Below are positions 28,289-39,799 of a DNA stretch of 64,000 nt, one piece after another. The stretch's first letter is position 1. Each line of letters begins with the position of its first letter. This stretch comes from Mytilus edulis (lineage: Eukaryota), in NCBI RefSeq assembly GCF_963676685.1, contig NC_092350.1, positions 4,464,001 through 4,528,000 of the forward strand, read 5' to 3'. The notes below the pieces were generated by a model. The model was given only the letters and a program-made list of their open reading frames with translations. It did no database searches and was not told where the DNA came from. The position numbers and the translations under genes are program-made.

Positions 28289-30179
28289 TAGTACAGGAAA
28301 AGAACTTAGTCTATGTATCAAATCAGTGTTGTTTAGTTGATAATAAATTGTAACATAAAACTTTTATTATAACAATATTTAAAAAAATTAACAGACAAGA
28401 TGAAAAATCAACTGCTTGCATTACATAATACAATGCATATTCAAAAAGACCTTGTTTATCTGTGTTCCTCATCAAGGAATTGTAGTATTTAATCTGTTTG
28501 AAATACAAATCCAATGTCAACACTCTACATACAAGTATTGCTTTCCATGTAAGCGGAGCCCTGATAAAAGATACATGTACTTTATTCAAATTGGGTTGTT
28601 CTATAAATCCGAAACAACATATACGTATACATGTATGTATCCTGAATTTGAGAACTTGGCCTGGATGTTCCCGACAATAGAAAACAATGATTGAGTTCAT
28701 AATTGATATCGACATTGTTAGAAATTGACGAGAACGTTGTCTGTGTGATATTATATAGAGATTGCGTGTCTGACTATGATTTCATGTAGAAAGCACGACG
28801 TACAAATAAGATTATTCAAAAACATTGGTATTAAATGTCTTATAGCAAATCGTTTGGATGCTATTATATAAACTATTACAATTATTTGTGTCCCCTCTGT
28901 TTCCCTGGCGCCTAAAATCGGCATATATCCCCATCGGTCTTTAGACTTCTCATATATAATGTCAAATGAGTTTAGACACGCTAGCTACATATAGGGTGTA
29001 TATTGTTTAGAAAAGAAATGATGATACAGAAAAATAACATTTCAGCTTGATGATAAATCATTTGATGCAATTATATCTTCATTTTTTATAATCGTCCATT
29101 AAAATAATAATAAGAAACAGTCAATCCAAGATATATACATTACCCTTATAATATAGGGCGAATGTGTCAACAATTCGAAATTTTTCAATAACATTTTGTA
29201 CTGTTAAAATACAAATTCCTACGTATTGGCGATTTTTCACAACACATAAACATATGTTTGTATAATTCGGTTATACCATATGTAACAGATATAACCATAG
29301 CCAATTAATATAAGATAAATGTATAACACCTTTCTCTTTCTATCCGTCAGATTAACTTTCAGTAAGCTTATTAATTACAATTTTTTCACTCCTAACTACA
29401 GATTTCCTGACCATAAGTTTTACGTTTATGTCTGGATTTGATCGCTAGCCAGTATATACGTACGTTGTGTTTCACGTTGCTTCGATGTATGTCATGTGGT
29501 TTTGGTCCCTAGCCAGTATGTACTTTTAACTGCTTTATCAAAGTAAGAATCTTAAATATGAATTATGATGACATAACAAGTACTTATTTATAATTATGAC
29601 AACAGTAACTGATAACAAGACGCGCACCTGTCTAAAATCTATAAGTGTGATCGTATAGATAGAAGTCCAAAGTTTTTGTGAGATAATTTATTTGTTACAT
29701 GCAAAACAACATAATTTATGCTTAATAGACAGATAATTTAAGATGATGTAGTTGTCATTATTTGATACGCATGAATGTTAGAAAATTAGTTTACATCTAT
29801 TTATTGTGATTAATTGTGTACTAGACAAGTGATAGCAAGCTTTAAAAGTCTGTATTTTACGTGACTGACAATGCTATGACTGTTTTAATTGGATTATACT
29901 TTTTTTGCATGTAATATATATATTAATTAATTGTGCTACCGCCATTGATATGTAGAGTATTGTCAGGTACGGAGATCCCAGCATAACACAATGACAAGAG
30001 TCGCACTATAAATGGCATATAGTAGACACATACATACGAGTCATCAACCTTCTTATCGGAGAAAGTTACACATGATGACCTTCCAAACAGAGAATGATAA
30101 ACGCGATAACCTTCTAGTGGGAGAAAGGTACATACAATAACCTTCTAGTCAGAGAAGGGTATATGTGATAACCTTCTTC

Positions 30180-30905
30180 ATAGATCGATAATCTGTCGAT
30201 TCCCGTATCTTGGCATTGCACAAGCTCATGTTTTTCTCAGACTGTTTATAAACGTTTTTACACTAAATCTATTGGTTGTTGGATGTGAACTGATTGATAA
30301 CTTAGATTTAGTTAGTTTTAGATGATGAATTTTCATAATTAGTTATTATTAGCTTAGACAAGCTGTCAGTAACTGCGAGTACTCTCAGATTTGTACTTCG
30401 TGGTTTTTTTTGTTTGGATGTACAAGTACCTGGCCACGGGCGCTCTTTGTTTTTATTAGATGTATTTCTATATGTATCCATCTCACGAGTTAAGCCTTTC
30501 CAACTGATTTTTAAAGTTGGTTCTTATGTTGTTCTGTTACACCACTGTCCCAGGTTAGAGAGGGTGTTGGGATCCCGCTTACATGTTTAATTCCACCACA
30601 TTCTGTATACATGTATGTGCCTGTCACAAGTCAGGAGCCTGTAATTCAGTGGCTGTCGTTTGTTGCTGTGATACATATTTGTTTTTCGTTCATTGTTTTG
30701 TACATTAATTAGTCCGTTTTTTTTCTCTTTTGATTTGTTTTACATATTTGTTGTCGGGACCTTTTATAGCTGACTGCGATATGAGCTTTGTTCATTGTTG
30801 AAGACCATACGGTGACCTATAGCTGTTATTTTTTGTGTCAGTTGGTCTATGGTGGAGATTTGTCTCATTATATATAGCAATCATACCACATCTTCATTTT
30901 TATAT
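30180..30905 (-). repeat. Long copy of the SINE-like host repeat inserted in a 31-bp tandem array
   Basis: The right part (about 30610-30900) is the reverse complement of the 5461-5740 family. AACCTTCT...GAGAAAGGTACA units lie on both sides. The left boundary is approximate. Confidence 0.6.
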
Positions 30906-32253
30906 TCTACGTAGAGAAAGATACACGCAATAACCTTCTATTCTGTGAAAGGTACACCCACATAAAGGTGTACATGAAAAAGCTGCTGTTCATATTTTTC
31001 TATTTTAAGTCTACGATACTTTTCACCAAATAAGGATGGCAACGTCGATTTCCGAGATATACTCTGATATAAAGAGATAACTGATTGTAATAAATGTAAT
31101 CATGAAATACATTTTATGTATGAGTATTTCAGTCTTCCAATTCGTAACATACATGTATGTAACACAGTTATAACTTAAACCATGTATACCATCATAAAGG
31201 CTCGGACAGATATTAAGTACTTAATAATTGGATGTTTGCATCAAATATACCAGGTTCATATTTAATAAAAAAAAAATATATGTACCCAGTCTCTTTTACC
31301 GAAGACTCCAAGGAGGCGCTCAAATCAAAACAGACGAAAGGCGAAAAATGAAATATGACAAAGTTGAAGAGAAATTTGCTTTTAAAACTGTTTTTTTTTT
31401 ATTGATACAAAAAAAATAATACCCTCAGATGTATTTTGTTATACTGTTTAATAAAGGCAACAGTAATGCAGTTTACCCGACTTTCAATAGTCATAAATCG
31501 ATTTAGCGAAAAAATAAATCACGGTTACAAACTAAAACAGAGGCCACAAAAACAAACGCCAACATACATGTACTGCCGCAAAAATGTTTTTGCTGCGGTC
31601 TTCATCTCATTTTTGTCGAATGAAATCGATGATTTTATTTTAATCACCAAGGTTAAATTGTTTGTTCAATCACTCCTCATGAAAAGTTATACCAGGATAA
31701 GGAAACTCCAACTTCGTCATCCTCGTTCGTATTACACGTACTTCCGGCGGAAGTGTTTGCCACGCACCTGATTAATACATTCAATTATATATAACCTATT
31801 AACGGAAGATGTCATATACTTCAGAAGTCGTGATTTAAATCCAATTGTCTTATTTGTAGCACACATTAAATGTTGACGCTTCATATTGTAGTATGTGTCA
31901 TATTATACTTAAATCAAGTAAAGACACAGGAACTCGGTACAAATATTTTTACAATGTAAAATGTACCCGTAACAAATATTTTAAGATGTGTAATATCATG
32001 TATTCAGTACACTGTTAGTAAGAATATGAATAGTTTTGTTTAAACATGATGTGACTACTAAAATACTACAAATAACCAAAAAGGTCGTCTCGTAAAACGA
32101 CATTTTCTCACTTTACAGTTTTGACTATACCACACTGTGAGTTAATTTTCCGATTTTAATACTGATCAGACTTCATTTCTTCGAGGACGTTTTCGATGAT
32201 TGAAAGATTTTCAAAATTTAAAAGAAAAAATGGAAATATCAATGTAAATGTAG

Positions 32254-32358
32254 AAATGTTTGTTTTCCAATGATATACCACATACATTAAATGTTTGTTT
32301 CCCAATGATATACCACATACATTAAATGTTTGTTTCCCAATGATATACCACATACATT
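32254..32358. repeat. 35-bp unit, 3 copies
   Basis: AAATGTTTGTTTCCCAATGATATACCACATACATT. Confidence 0.9.
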
Positions 32359-32656
32359 GCAATGGAAAAGTATTTGGACATCAGTAAATTAAAGGAAAAG
32401 CTAAAGGCAAATACATTTCTGTTGATGCATATATGTTCCACGACTGTGTTTCTTTTATTAAAAGTACTGAAAACATGAAGTGTGGTTATCCTTACTTAGT
32501 TTTTCCTTAAGAGTGTTTGGTTGTCCGTTGTTTCTCGCACTGTTATTGGTGGCGTTTCATCGTTTTATTATGGGAGATGTGTGCGTGTTTATTTCTGTTT
32601 TTGGTGATTTATTTTCGATGCGTCTTTGAATGATTTTCTAGTTCACGCTCGATGTA

Positions 32657-32810
32657 AGTAGTATATATTGTGTGGCAGCAGCAAATATTTTTGCCACGTT
32701 GACAAAAATTTGTTCCCGCTAGCAAAATTGTATAATATATTTGTTGAATAATATCAAAATATTGGATTTTAAAATTTGTAGAAATATAAAAGACTGTTTT
32801 GATTTTTTCA
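32657..32810 (+). repeat. Maverick left terminal inverted repeat
   Basis: First ~55 bp are identical to the reverse complement of the right end; imperfect match to ~150 bp; patchy similarity to ~33100. Confidence 0.92.
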
Positions 32811-33293
32811 CACGTTGCATTTTGCAGACGTCAAGAAAATTACATAATATAACTGTTGTATAATATTAAATGAAAATTTTGTTTTTTCACTTATAAAAGA
32901 ATGTTTTGATTTATTTTCCATCGCATTTAACATATAGACAATTTAAATTGTTAATATTTTGGATAAAGAAGTTAAAAGTAAAACTGAAAAAATAGAAGAT
33001 TAAATGACTTCGCGTTGAGAGAAGAAATTTTATAAAACTTTTAAGTTTCATTTGTAACAAAAATGAATAAGAATTGAAAATATATTAATTAACCCTAACC
33101 CTAGCGTATATTGTAAAAACTATTATTATTATTTATTAAAACAATCCATACTCAAACATTAATTAAACCTTATCCATCTACCACTCTTATCCCAACCATA
33201 TATCACGGAATTAATTACCCCTAATTTATTCCCTAATTAGACTATTGTTTTTATTTCTCATCCGGGTATTTAATTCCTCAAAATATTTGCAAA

Positions 33294-34635
33294 ATGTCAC
33301 CCATCAACACCATGTTTATATTCATCATCATTTGTTTCACAATGTCAGCTGTTTCATGCTCGCATGAATTGAGAGATGTATGCACAGTGGAGGGGGATAC
33401 TCTCCATTGCAGATGGACTGGAGCAGGGCTCTACAACACCAGAATCCGACTAGATGTAAAGAAAGTCGTATTCGAAAGATTTTTTGTTGCCGGACAATTG
33501 GACCTTGCAAATAATAGAGACCTGCATTCAATTGAGATCAAACAAGGAAATTCTAAATGCAGCAATGTTTTAGCAGCACCAGAAACAATAACAATTGTTA
33601 ATGGTATACATTGTGATGTAAGTATATAGGAAATTAGAAAAGAATAACAGAATAATAAGAGCTTTAAAGTAATCACGTAGTATTGTCTCTATATGTAAAG
33701 TGACTAGAAACAACCTAAACTATGAGCAGATCTTATATATTATTTATTAATTTTATTGTGTAAAACATTTCTTACATTATGTATATTTTTTTTTTACAGA
33801 ATGGAGTCATAGCTTCTACAACAACAACAGCAGCAACAAGAGTAACACCAGGATCCACATTGTCAATCGGCACCACTGATAAACAACTGGTAAGCATTTA
33901 TCTGATATTTTTTTAATTAAAACGTCCGTTTTGTTTTCTATTTTTATTAGGAAATACATGTACATGAACGAGTCAATTTGTATTCTCTATAGTATAGTGC
34001 TTAAAAACAAATTAAAATGTGAAGGATAAGATTTTTTAATATCAACATTTTCATGAAATACATGATTTTATTTCTTTATTTCAGAAGTCAACACCACATG
34101 CACAGGAGGAAGACAAGGGTCTAGATAATATTAAGATCATTCTTATAATGATTTTTGGTAAGTATCTAAATTTAATTTATTTATTTGATTGACAAACAAT
34201 ATAAAAATAAAATAAATAAATAAAATAAAAATATATACATGTTCTAATAAAAACACTTATTTATAAATAAGAAAAAGATGCGGTATGAGTGCCAATGTAT
34301 TATAGATCAAAGTATGACCTTCAACACAGAGCAAAAGCTCACACCAAACAGTAAGCTATAAAGACAATTCAAACAGAAAAACCAATGGTCTAATCTATTT
34401 ATATATATCAATATATTTTATAATTTTTAAAGTAAGTGACATATTCAAATTTATCTTTACAGCATCTCTAGCATGTGTTATGCTCTTGTCGCTGATGTTA
34501 TTTTGCATCTGCAAAAAGAAGAGAACTGCAAAAACCAATTTCCGCCAACACCAATTCTCCTTCAATGTCGATGCAGATTCACTATCCGAAATAGAAATTG
34601 CAGATTTTGTTAATACACCAAAAAAAACTGTTTAA
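33294..34635 (+). CDS. Maverick-encoded type I membrane protein, isoform a; exons 33294-33617, 33800-33889, 34085-34157, 34463-34635; about 219 aa
   Basis: Signal peptide MFIFIIICFTMSAVSC, 4-Cys ectodomain, Thr/Ser stalk, TM IILIMIFASLACVMLLSLMLFCIC followed by KKKR. GTAAG donors and polypyrimidine-CAG acceptors are in phases 0, 0, 1. Confidence 0.8.
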
Positions 34636-34676
34636 GTTAATATCTATCTCTGTATTTACTACTTTTTAATTTGTAG

Positions 34677-34843
34677 AATATATCCTCATCGCAATTTATG
34701 AAAGGCTTCAAGAAATTATAAATTATTTTTTTCCACCACGTGAAAATAACAGACGAGTAGCCCCAGCACAACAACAACCACCAAGAATATTGAGAAGATC
34801 AAACAGGATATCTATTCGGCCACAGAGACTAACCTATGATTAA
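34677..34843 (+). CDS. Alternative terminal exon 4b of the membrane protein (isoform b, about 217 aa)
   Basis: TTTTTAATTTGTAG acceptor, phase 1 like exon 4a, open to TAA: EYILIAIYERLQEIINYFFPPRENNRRVAPAQQQPPRILRRSNRISIRPQRLTYD. Confidence 0.55.
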
Positions 34844-35954
34844 TTTTCTAAACTTTTAAATTTTATGAAATTTTTTAAATTTTTTTTCTAAATTTTATAT
34901 TTTTTTTATTTTTTTTTTTCTAAATTTTATAATCTTTTTTCTAAATTTTATAAACTTATTTATACACTGTTATCTAAATTTTAATAATCACTGATGAGGA
35001 TGTATTCTACAAATCTACTTATATTATGAAAAATTATATCACCAAAACTTTTCAATTTTCTTTCATTTGATTTATTTGGATTAGTTACACTTTATTTTAA
35101 TTAAAGAAAAGATTTTGATTATACTCGCATTTCTCTACTCTCATTTTATTATATTGTAAATAGTAGTATACATGTAGTTTGTTTTTATAAATTCACCTTA
35201 GTTTATATGTTTCATGCTCATTCAAACCATAAATTTCATTATAAATCTATTCTTTTCATTAAATAATCTACTTTCTCTGGTATTAAAGTTCATTATTAAT
35301 CTATTCCTTTCATTAAATTATTCTTTTTAGTTTTCCATTTACATATGTTTAGTTTTGTAATAGAAATAAATTAAATTAAAAAACAAATATGATTGGTATT
35401 ATTGTATATATGTAAATAATATATATATGTATATAATGTTTGGAGAACTTTTTGTTTTTATGTTTACTTTATCATCATTTTCATCTTTGGAATTTTTTCA
35501 TATGAGAATTTACAGCATCCAAATTTAATTACAACATATTATCGCATATTTTATCATATTGTGTTTGCTTAAACTTTTTTTCTTTTGTTTTTATTACTTT
35601 TTATAGTGCTATATGATTAAGTTAAACCTAGAGATAAATATATAAAAATTCTTGATTTGTAACCGCTGTCATGGTGCTTTCTATAACATGTTTTATGTGA
35701 AAAAAAATGGTGCATTACAAATGATGTAAGTTTTTTATAACCAAATTTCATTTGATAGTTCTCTTGTTTATATTATTTACAATTGTTATATAAATAGTGC
35801 AGAAAACTTGATTTGTTTTGAAACTTACTATGTTGTTTCATGGAATAAAGTATTTGTATTTGATATGTGTTAATAAATTAGACTTTTCTTAAACTTTTCC
35901 CACTGCATTGCTACCCCAATCAATGTGGATGATTACCAGTTGACACCATTTGTA

Positions 35955-36810
35955 TATCATCTAGAAATTTGCAAACAAAAACTTTGCTTAATTAATTTTT
36001 ATCTACTTTAAATTTATTAATTATAAAAGAAATATGGTTTAATTGCTGATGAGACAACTCTTCAAAGAGGTCAAACCACAAGCTTCAATCTCAAATCTTG
36101 TCAAGAAAATGAAATATTTACACAGGAAAAAAGAAGCTAGCTGAAAAAAAGTCATGAACAAAACAAGATTCACCATTTACAATGATCCAAAGAAAAGAAA
36201 AGAGCATATCTAGAAATTTGCAAAACAAAAACTTTGCTTAAAACATTTTTATCAACTATTAATTATAAAAGATGGTAATCCACAAGCTTCAATCTCAAAT
36301 CTTATCAAATGAAATATTTACACATGGGAAAAATTAGCTAGCTGCAAAAAAGTCATGAGCAAAACAATTAACTACGATCCAAAGAAAAGAAAAGAAAAAA
36401 GTAGCATGTAGGGGGAAAAATAGAGAGAGAGAGAAAAAGGAGATATGATCCACCATTGAAAATATGATCCAAAGAAAAGATGATCCAAAGAAAAGAAAAA
36501 AGTCGCTTATGTTCTAACGAAGGAAAAAATAGAGAGAGAGAAAAAGGAGATAGGATTCACCATTGAAACTATGATCCAAAGAAAAGAAAAAAGGTGTTTT
36601 AACGATGAAAAAAATTAGAGCGAGAGAGAGAGAGAAAAAAAAGGAGATAGTAATGAGATGTAAAAATAATCGTCAAAATCCAACTCGATTTACCATTGAA
36701 AATATGATCCAAAGAAAAGAAAAGAAAATAGGTTTTGTTTTAATGAAGGAAAAATTATATATAGAGAGAAAAAATAGTAATGAGATGTAAAAAATAACCA
36801 TCAAAATCCG
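35955..36810. repeat. Purine-rich nested direct repeats within the Maverick
   Basis: About 6 copies of (AT)GATCCAAAGAAAAGA, AG runs, and a duplicated ATCTAGAAATTTGCAAA...CCACAAGCTTCAATCTCAAATCTT block. Confidence 0.8.
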
Positions 36811-37190
36811 GTTCGAACAAATCTATAATATATAATTGATCTTAAATAAAAACAATCAAAATTTATTGAGTAATGATCACTTTTCAAATTTGAAAGGTGA
36901 TAAACACTTTATATTTAAACTGATGAACTAAGATTTAATGTAAACAGAAGGTGTATTATCCAAATACTGCCGCAATATTGGAGATCAATCTGACATGAAA
37001 AATCGCGATCGGGACAGATCTACACTGAAATTACATATGAATTAATAAAATGGTGTAACATGGATAATGGAAGGTTGGCGAGCCTTTAGGAGTAAATAAG
37101 TGTTGGAAACTATTATTCATAATTTAATGAAACGGAAGCTTTATTCCTTTATTAACGCGGTACACTCAATTCTATCATAAAGCGATAAAA

Positions 37191-38127
37191 ATGATGAACC
37201 AGGTTGAGTACATGAGGGGATTTGGTGGAGAAGTAGAGCGGGCTGAGTTGAATTTTGGAAGAAAGAAGAACATTGCGGTTACACCGTACAAGGGATATGT
37301 TTATATCCACATAGGCAGTTTAACAAGTAGCAGAAGCATAACTCTTGGGACTGATGAGTTTAAAGAGCTATGCAATCTGAAGCCAGTTCTTTTAAAAGCT
37401 GAGGCAGAAATAAAAAAACAGGTTAGTGATTTCTAATATTTAGCAGTAAATATTTACATGAACATATAGCTAAATTATTATCGTTCAGCAGCAAATAGTT
37501 GAGCGTGATATATATTTTATTCTCTAAGAAATAGGAGCGATCTACAAAATTATTTTAAAGTAAGATATTGCGAGTGTTTAATAAAAGCACCAGCTGCAGA
37601 TGTTTCACCTTATATGTTTTTTCGTAAATTTCACTACTGCTAGTAAGTACACATAATTTTCAAAGTTATTGAAAGCGAGTAAAAACTATATGATAAACGT
37701 TCTAATTATCCTTCAACAGCAAATAATTGAACATAAATATATACTTTATAGGTTTAATATACAACAAACGTTTTAGTTAAAAGTAAGTTATTGATAGAGA
37801 GTATTTACAAGCGGCTTGCGTTCAGCTGCAGATATTTCACTTGTTTCTGGGTTGATTTCACCACTGTTAGTATTAATTTTCAAAGTTATTGATAGCAAGT
37901 AAAAAATGTTTTGATAAACGTTCAGTTGCAGATATTTCAACATTTTTGTTTCTAGGTAAATTTCTCAACCGCTAATAAATACGAATTTCTTTCCCACAGC
38001 AAACGTTGATTTATATGATTTCTTACACGTTCAATTGTTTTTATTATATATTAATTTTTTTAGCTGCAAAAACCTAGCAGGAAAAAGAAGGTTATAGTTG
38101 TTGAAGAGGAAGAAGAAGAAGAAGAAG

Positions 38128-38159
<32 letters not shown>

Positions 38160-38305
38160 GAAGAAGAAGAAGTAAAAAAAGTTACTTTGAAAAGAAAGGT
38201 AAAACAACTTTTGTTTTTTTTTTTCTATGTAAATCAAAATAAGTAGTTATAATTTTCAAGTTTATGAATTTAAAGTAATTATCCAATTAAATGTACCATA
38301 AAAAG

Positions 38306-38341
<36 letters not shown>

Positions 38342-38574
38342 AAACATTGAAATAACTTTAAAATTTTAAGATGATTTTCTATATTATGATATTCTTATTT
38401 TAGAGAAAGGTGATTGCTATCAGCGATAGCGATGAGGAGGCGGGAGTGTCAGAGTCGGACGTCAGAAAGGTGATTGTTGCAGCAGAATCTGGCCCGTTCA
38501 AGGGGCTAAAGAAGAAAAAGAAAACAGCTGGAGCTGGATTCATACTTTCTGAAGCAGTTGAAGATGGCGAGTGA
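37191..38574 (+). CDS. PC4/Sub1-like ssDNA-binding protein with acidic/basic tail; exons 37191-37421, 38064-38198, 38404-38574; about 178 aa
   Basis: LNFGRKKNIAVTPYKGYVYIHIG...SITLGTDEFKEL fits the PC4 pattern. All junctions are phase 0 GT-AG. The GAA repeat reads in frame as poly-Glu. Confidence 0.75.
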
Positions 38575-38652
38575 AGATAACACCAGTAAGTGATCAAATT
38601 TTTATTCTGTTTCTAATATGTTCTTATATACAATAGTTAGGATAGAAATCAT

Positions 38653-39162
38653 TTATAACTTAGCAACATTTTTCCAATCAAAGATTGATTTATCAATATG
38701 TGAAATACTCGCTTTAAGATAAAACCATTGCCTTTGATTTAAAGCGATCTCATTTCTAAGAGGATCATTTCTCAATAATACAAACAGTTCACTATTCAAT
38801 ATACATGTATTTACAAAAATATCTTCAGATAAAGCAAAAGTGTCCATTTTATTACAAAATAAATCGTTTCCGCTACTGTTTCGTTTAACATCATCAGATA
38901 TGAATGGAGGATCATTTTCACTGTTTAATGGCCCATTTATTAATATAACTGCTAGAGTTATCGAACAGAATAACAATCCGACAATTTTCATCTTTGCACC
39001 AAGCCAGTGCAGTTGTGGAAACTGGTCACTGATTTCAGCTGTATCCATATTGATAAAATTGTAATCATGCTCATCTGTCATTTTAAGTGAATATTCTTCC
39101 ACATTTGCACTACTCAATTCATCCTTTTCATTTATTTTAGAAATCTCCATTATGAAATCCAA
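38653..39162 (-). CDS. Protein with a hydrophobic signal/TM segment and a C-terminal PC4-like domain (169 aa; shorter if it starts at MKIVG)
   Basis: MKIVGLLFCSITLAVILING followed by FALSEDIFVNTCILNSELFVLLR...IALNQRQWFYLKASISHIDKSI. Confidence 0.65.
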   Translation of the reverse strand: MDFIMEISKINEKDELSSANVEEYSLKMTDEHDYNFINMDTAEISDQFPQLHWLGAKMKIVGLLFCSITLAVILINGPLNSENDPPFISDDVKRNSSGNDLFCNKMDTFALSEDIFVNTCILNSELFVLLRNDPLRNEIALNQRQWFYLKASISHIDKSIFDWKNVAKL

Positions 39163-39297
39163 TTTCTTAATACAGGTGTCGCACTTTGTTCATTTGTTTT
39201 CATGCATGTATCTGTAGATTTATGATGTGAAAACTATTTTACTAGAGTTTATGTATCTTATTTATTTCTTTTAGCCAATCAGAACAGAAAAAGGACA

Positions 39298-39732
39298 ATG
39301 GGAGAAGAAGTAGAAAAAAAGACACTGAGTGAAAAACGAAAGCGGTCAGCTCCACCTTCATTAAGAACTTTATCTGTTGCATGTATTTATAATAAATTAA
39401 CAACAAAATGTGATATTCAAATGAGAGATTTTTTTTGTAAAATTCCCTCACCAATTTTAATTATTTTTATGGATTATGCAGACTTTCAATTTGTTTTAAA
39501 TCCTGGATTTGCCGAATTAGATGTGTTTAATGCTGCCGAGGAAATTTTTGATCAAAGATATCAATTAAATAAAATGATAAGGGAATGCAGCCATTTCACA
39601 TCTGAAGAGATATTCATTCATTTAAAGAACGTCCCAGGGTCTGTTTTAAATTCACTCGGACTTTCGTTCAATAGGGAGAACTTTTCCGATATTTTAAGGA
39701 AAATATTAAACATGCGATTTTCACGTGTTTAA
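39298..39732 (+). CDS. Hypothetical Maverick protein, 144 aa, with an NLS-like stretch and a BC/SOCS-box-like N-terminus
   Basis: ATG in good context, KRKR, APPSLRTLSVACI...IPSPIL. Confidence 0.6.
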   Translation: MGEEVEKKTLSEKRKRSAPPSLRTLSVACIYNKLTTKCDIQMRDFFCKIPSPILIIFMDYADFQFVLNPGFAELDVFNAAEEIFDQRYQLNKMIRECSHFTSEEIFIHLKNVPGSVLNSLGLSFNRENFSDILRKILNMRFSRV

Positions 39733-39799
39733 TTTACCAAAGAATATGTCTCATATATTTTAATCTAAAATTTAAGAAATTTATTTGTAATATTTTCAT

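Noticed and set aside
33294-34843. Membrane protein as a viral fusogen like those of nematode Mavericks
   Set aside because: The ectodomain of about 130 aa is far too small for a gB-like class III fusogen
38031-38597. Minus-strand poly-Phe and 65-aa ORFs
   Set aside because: Antisense shadows of PC4 exons 2 and 3
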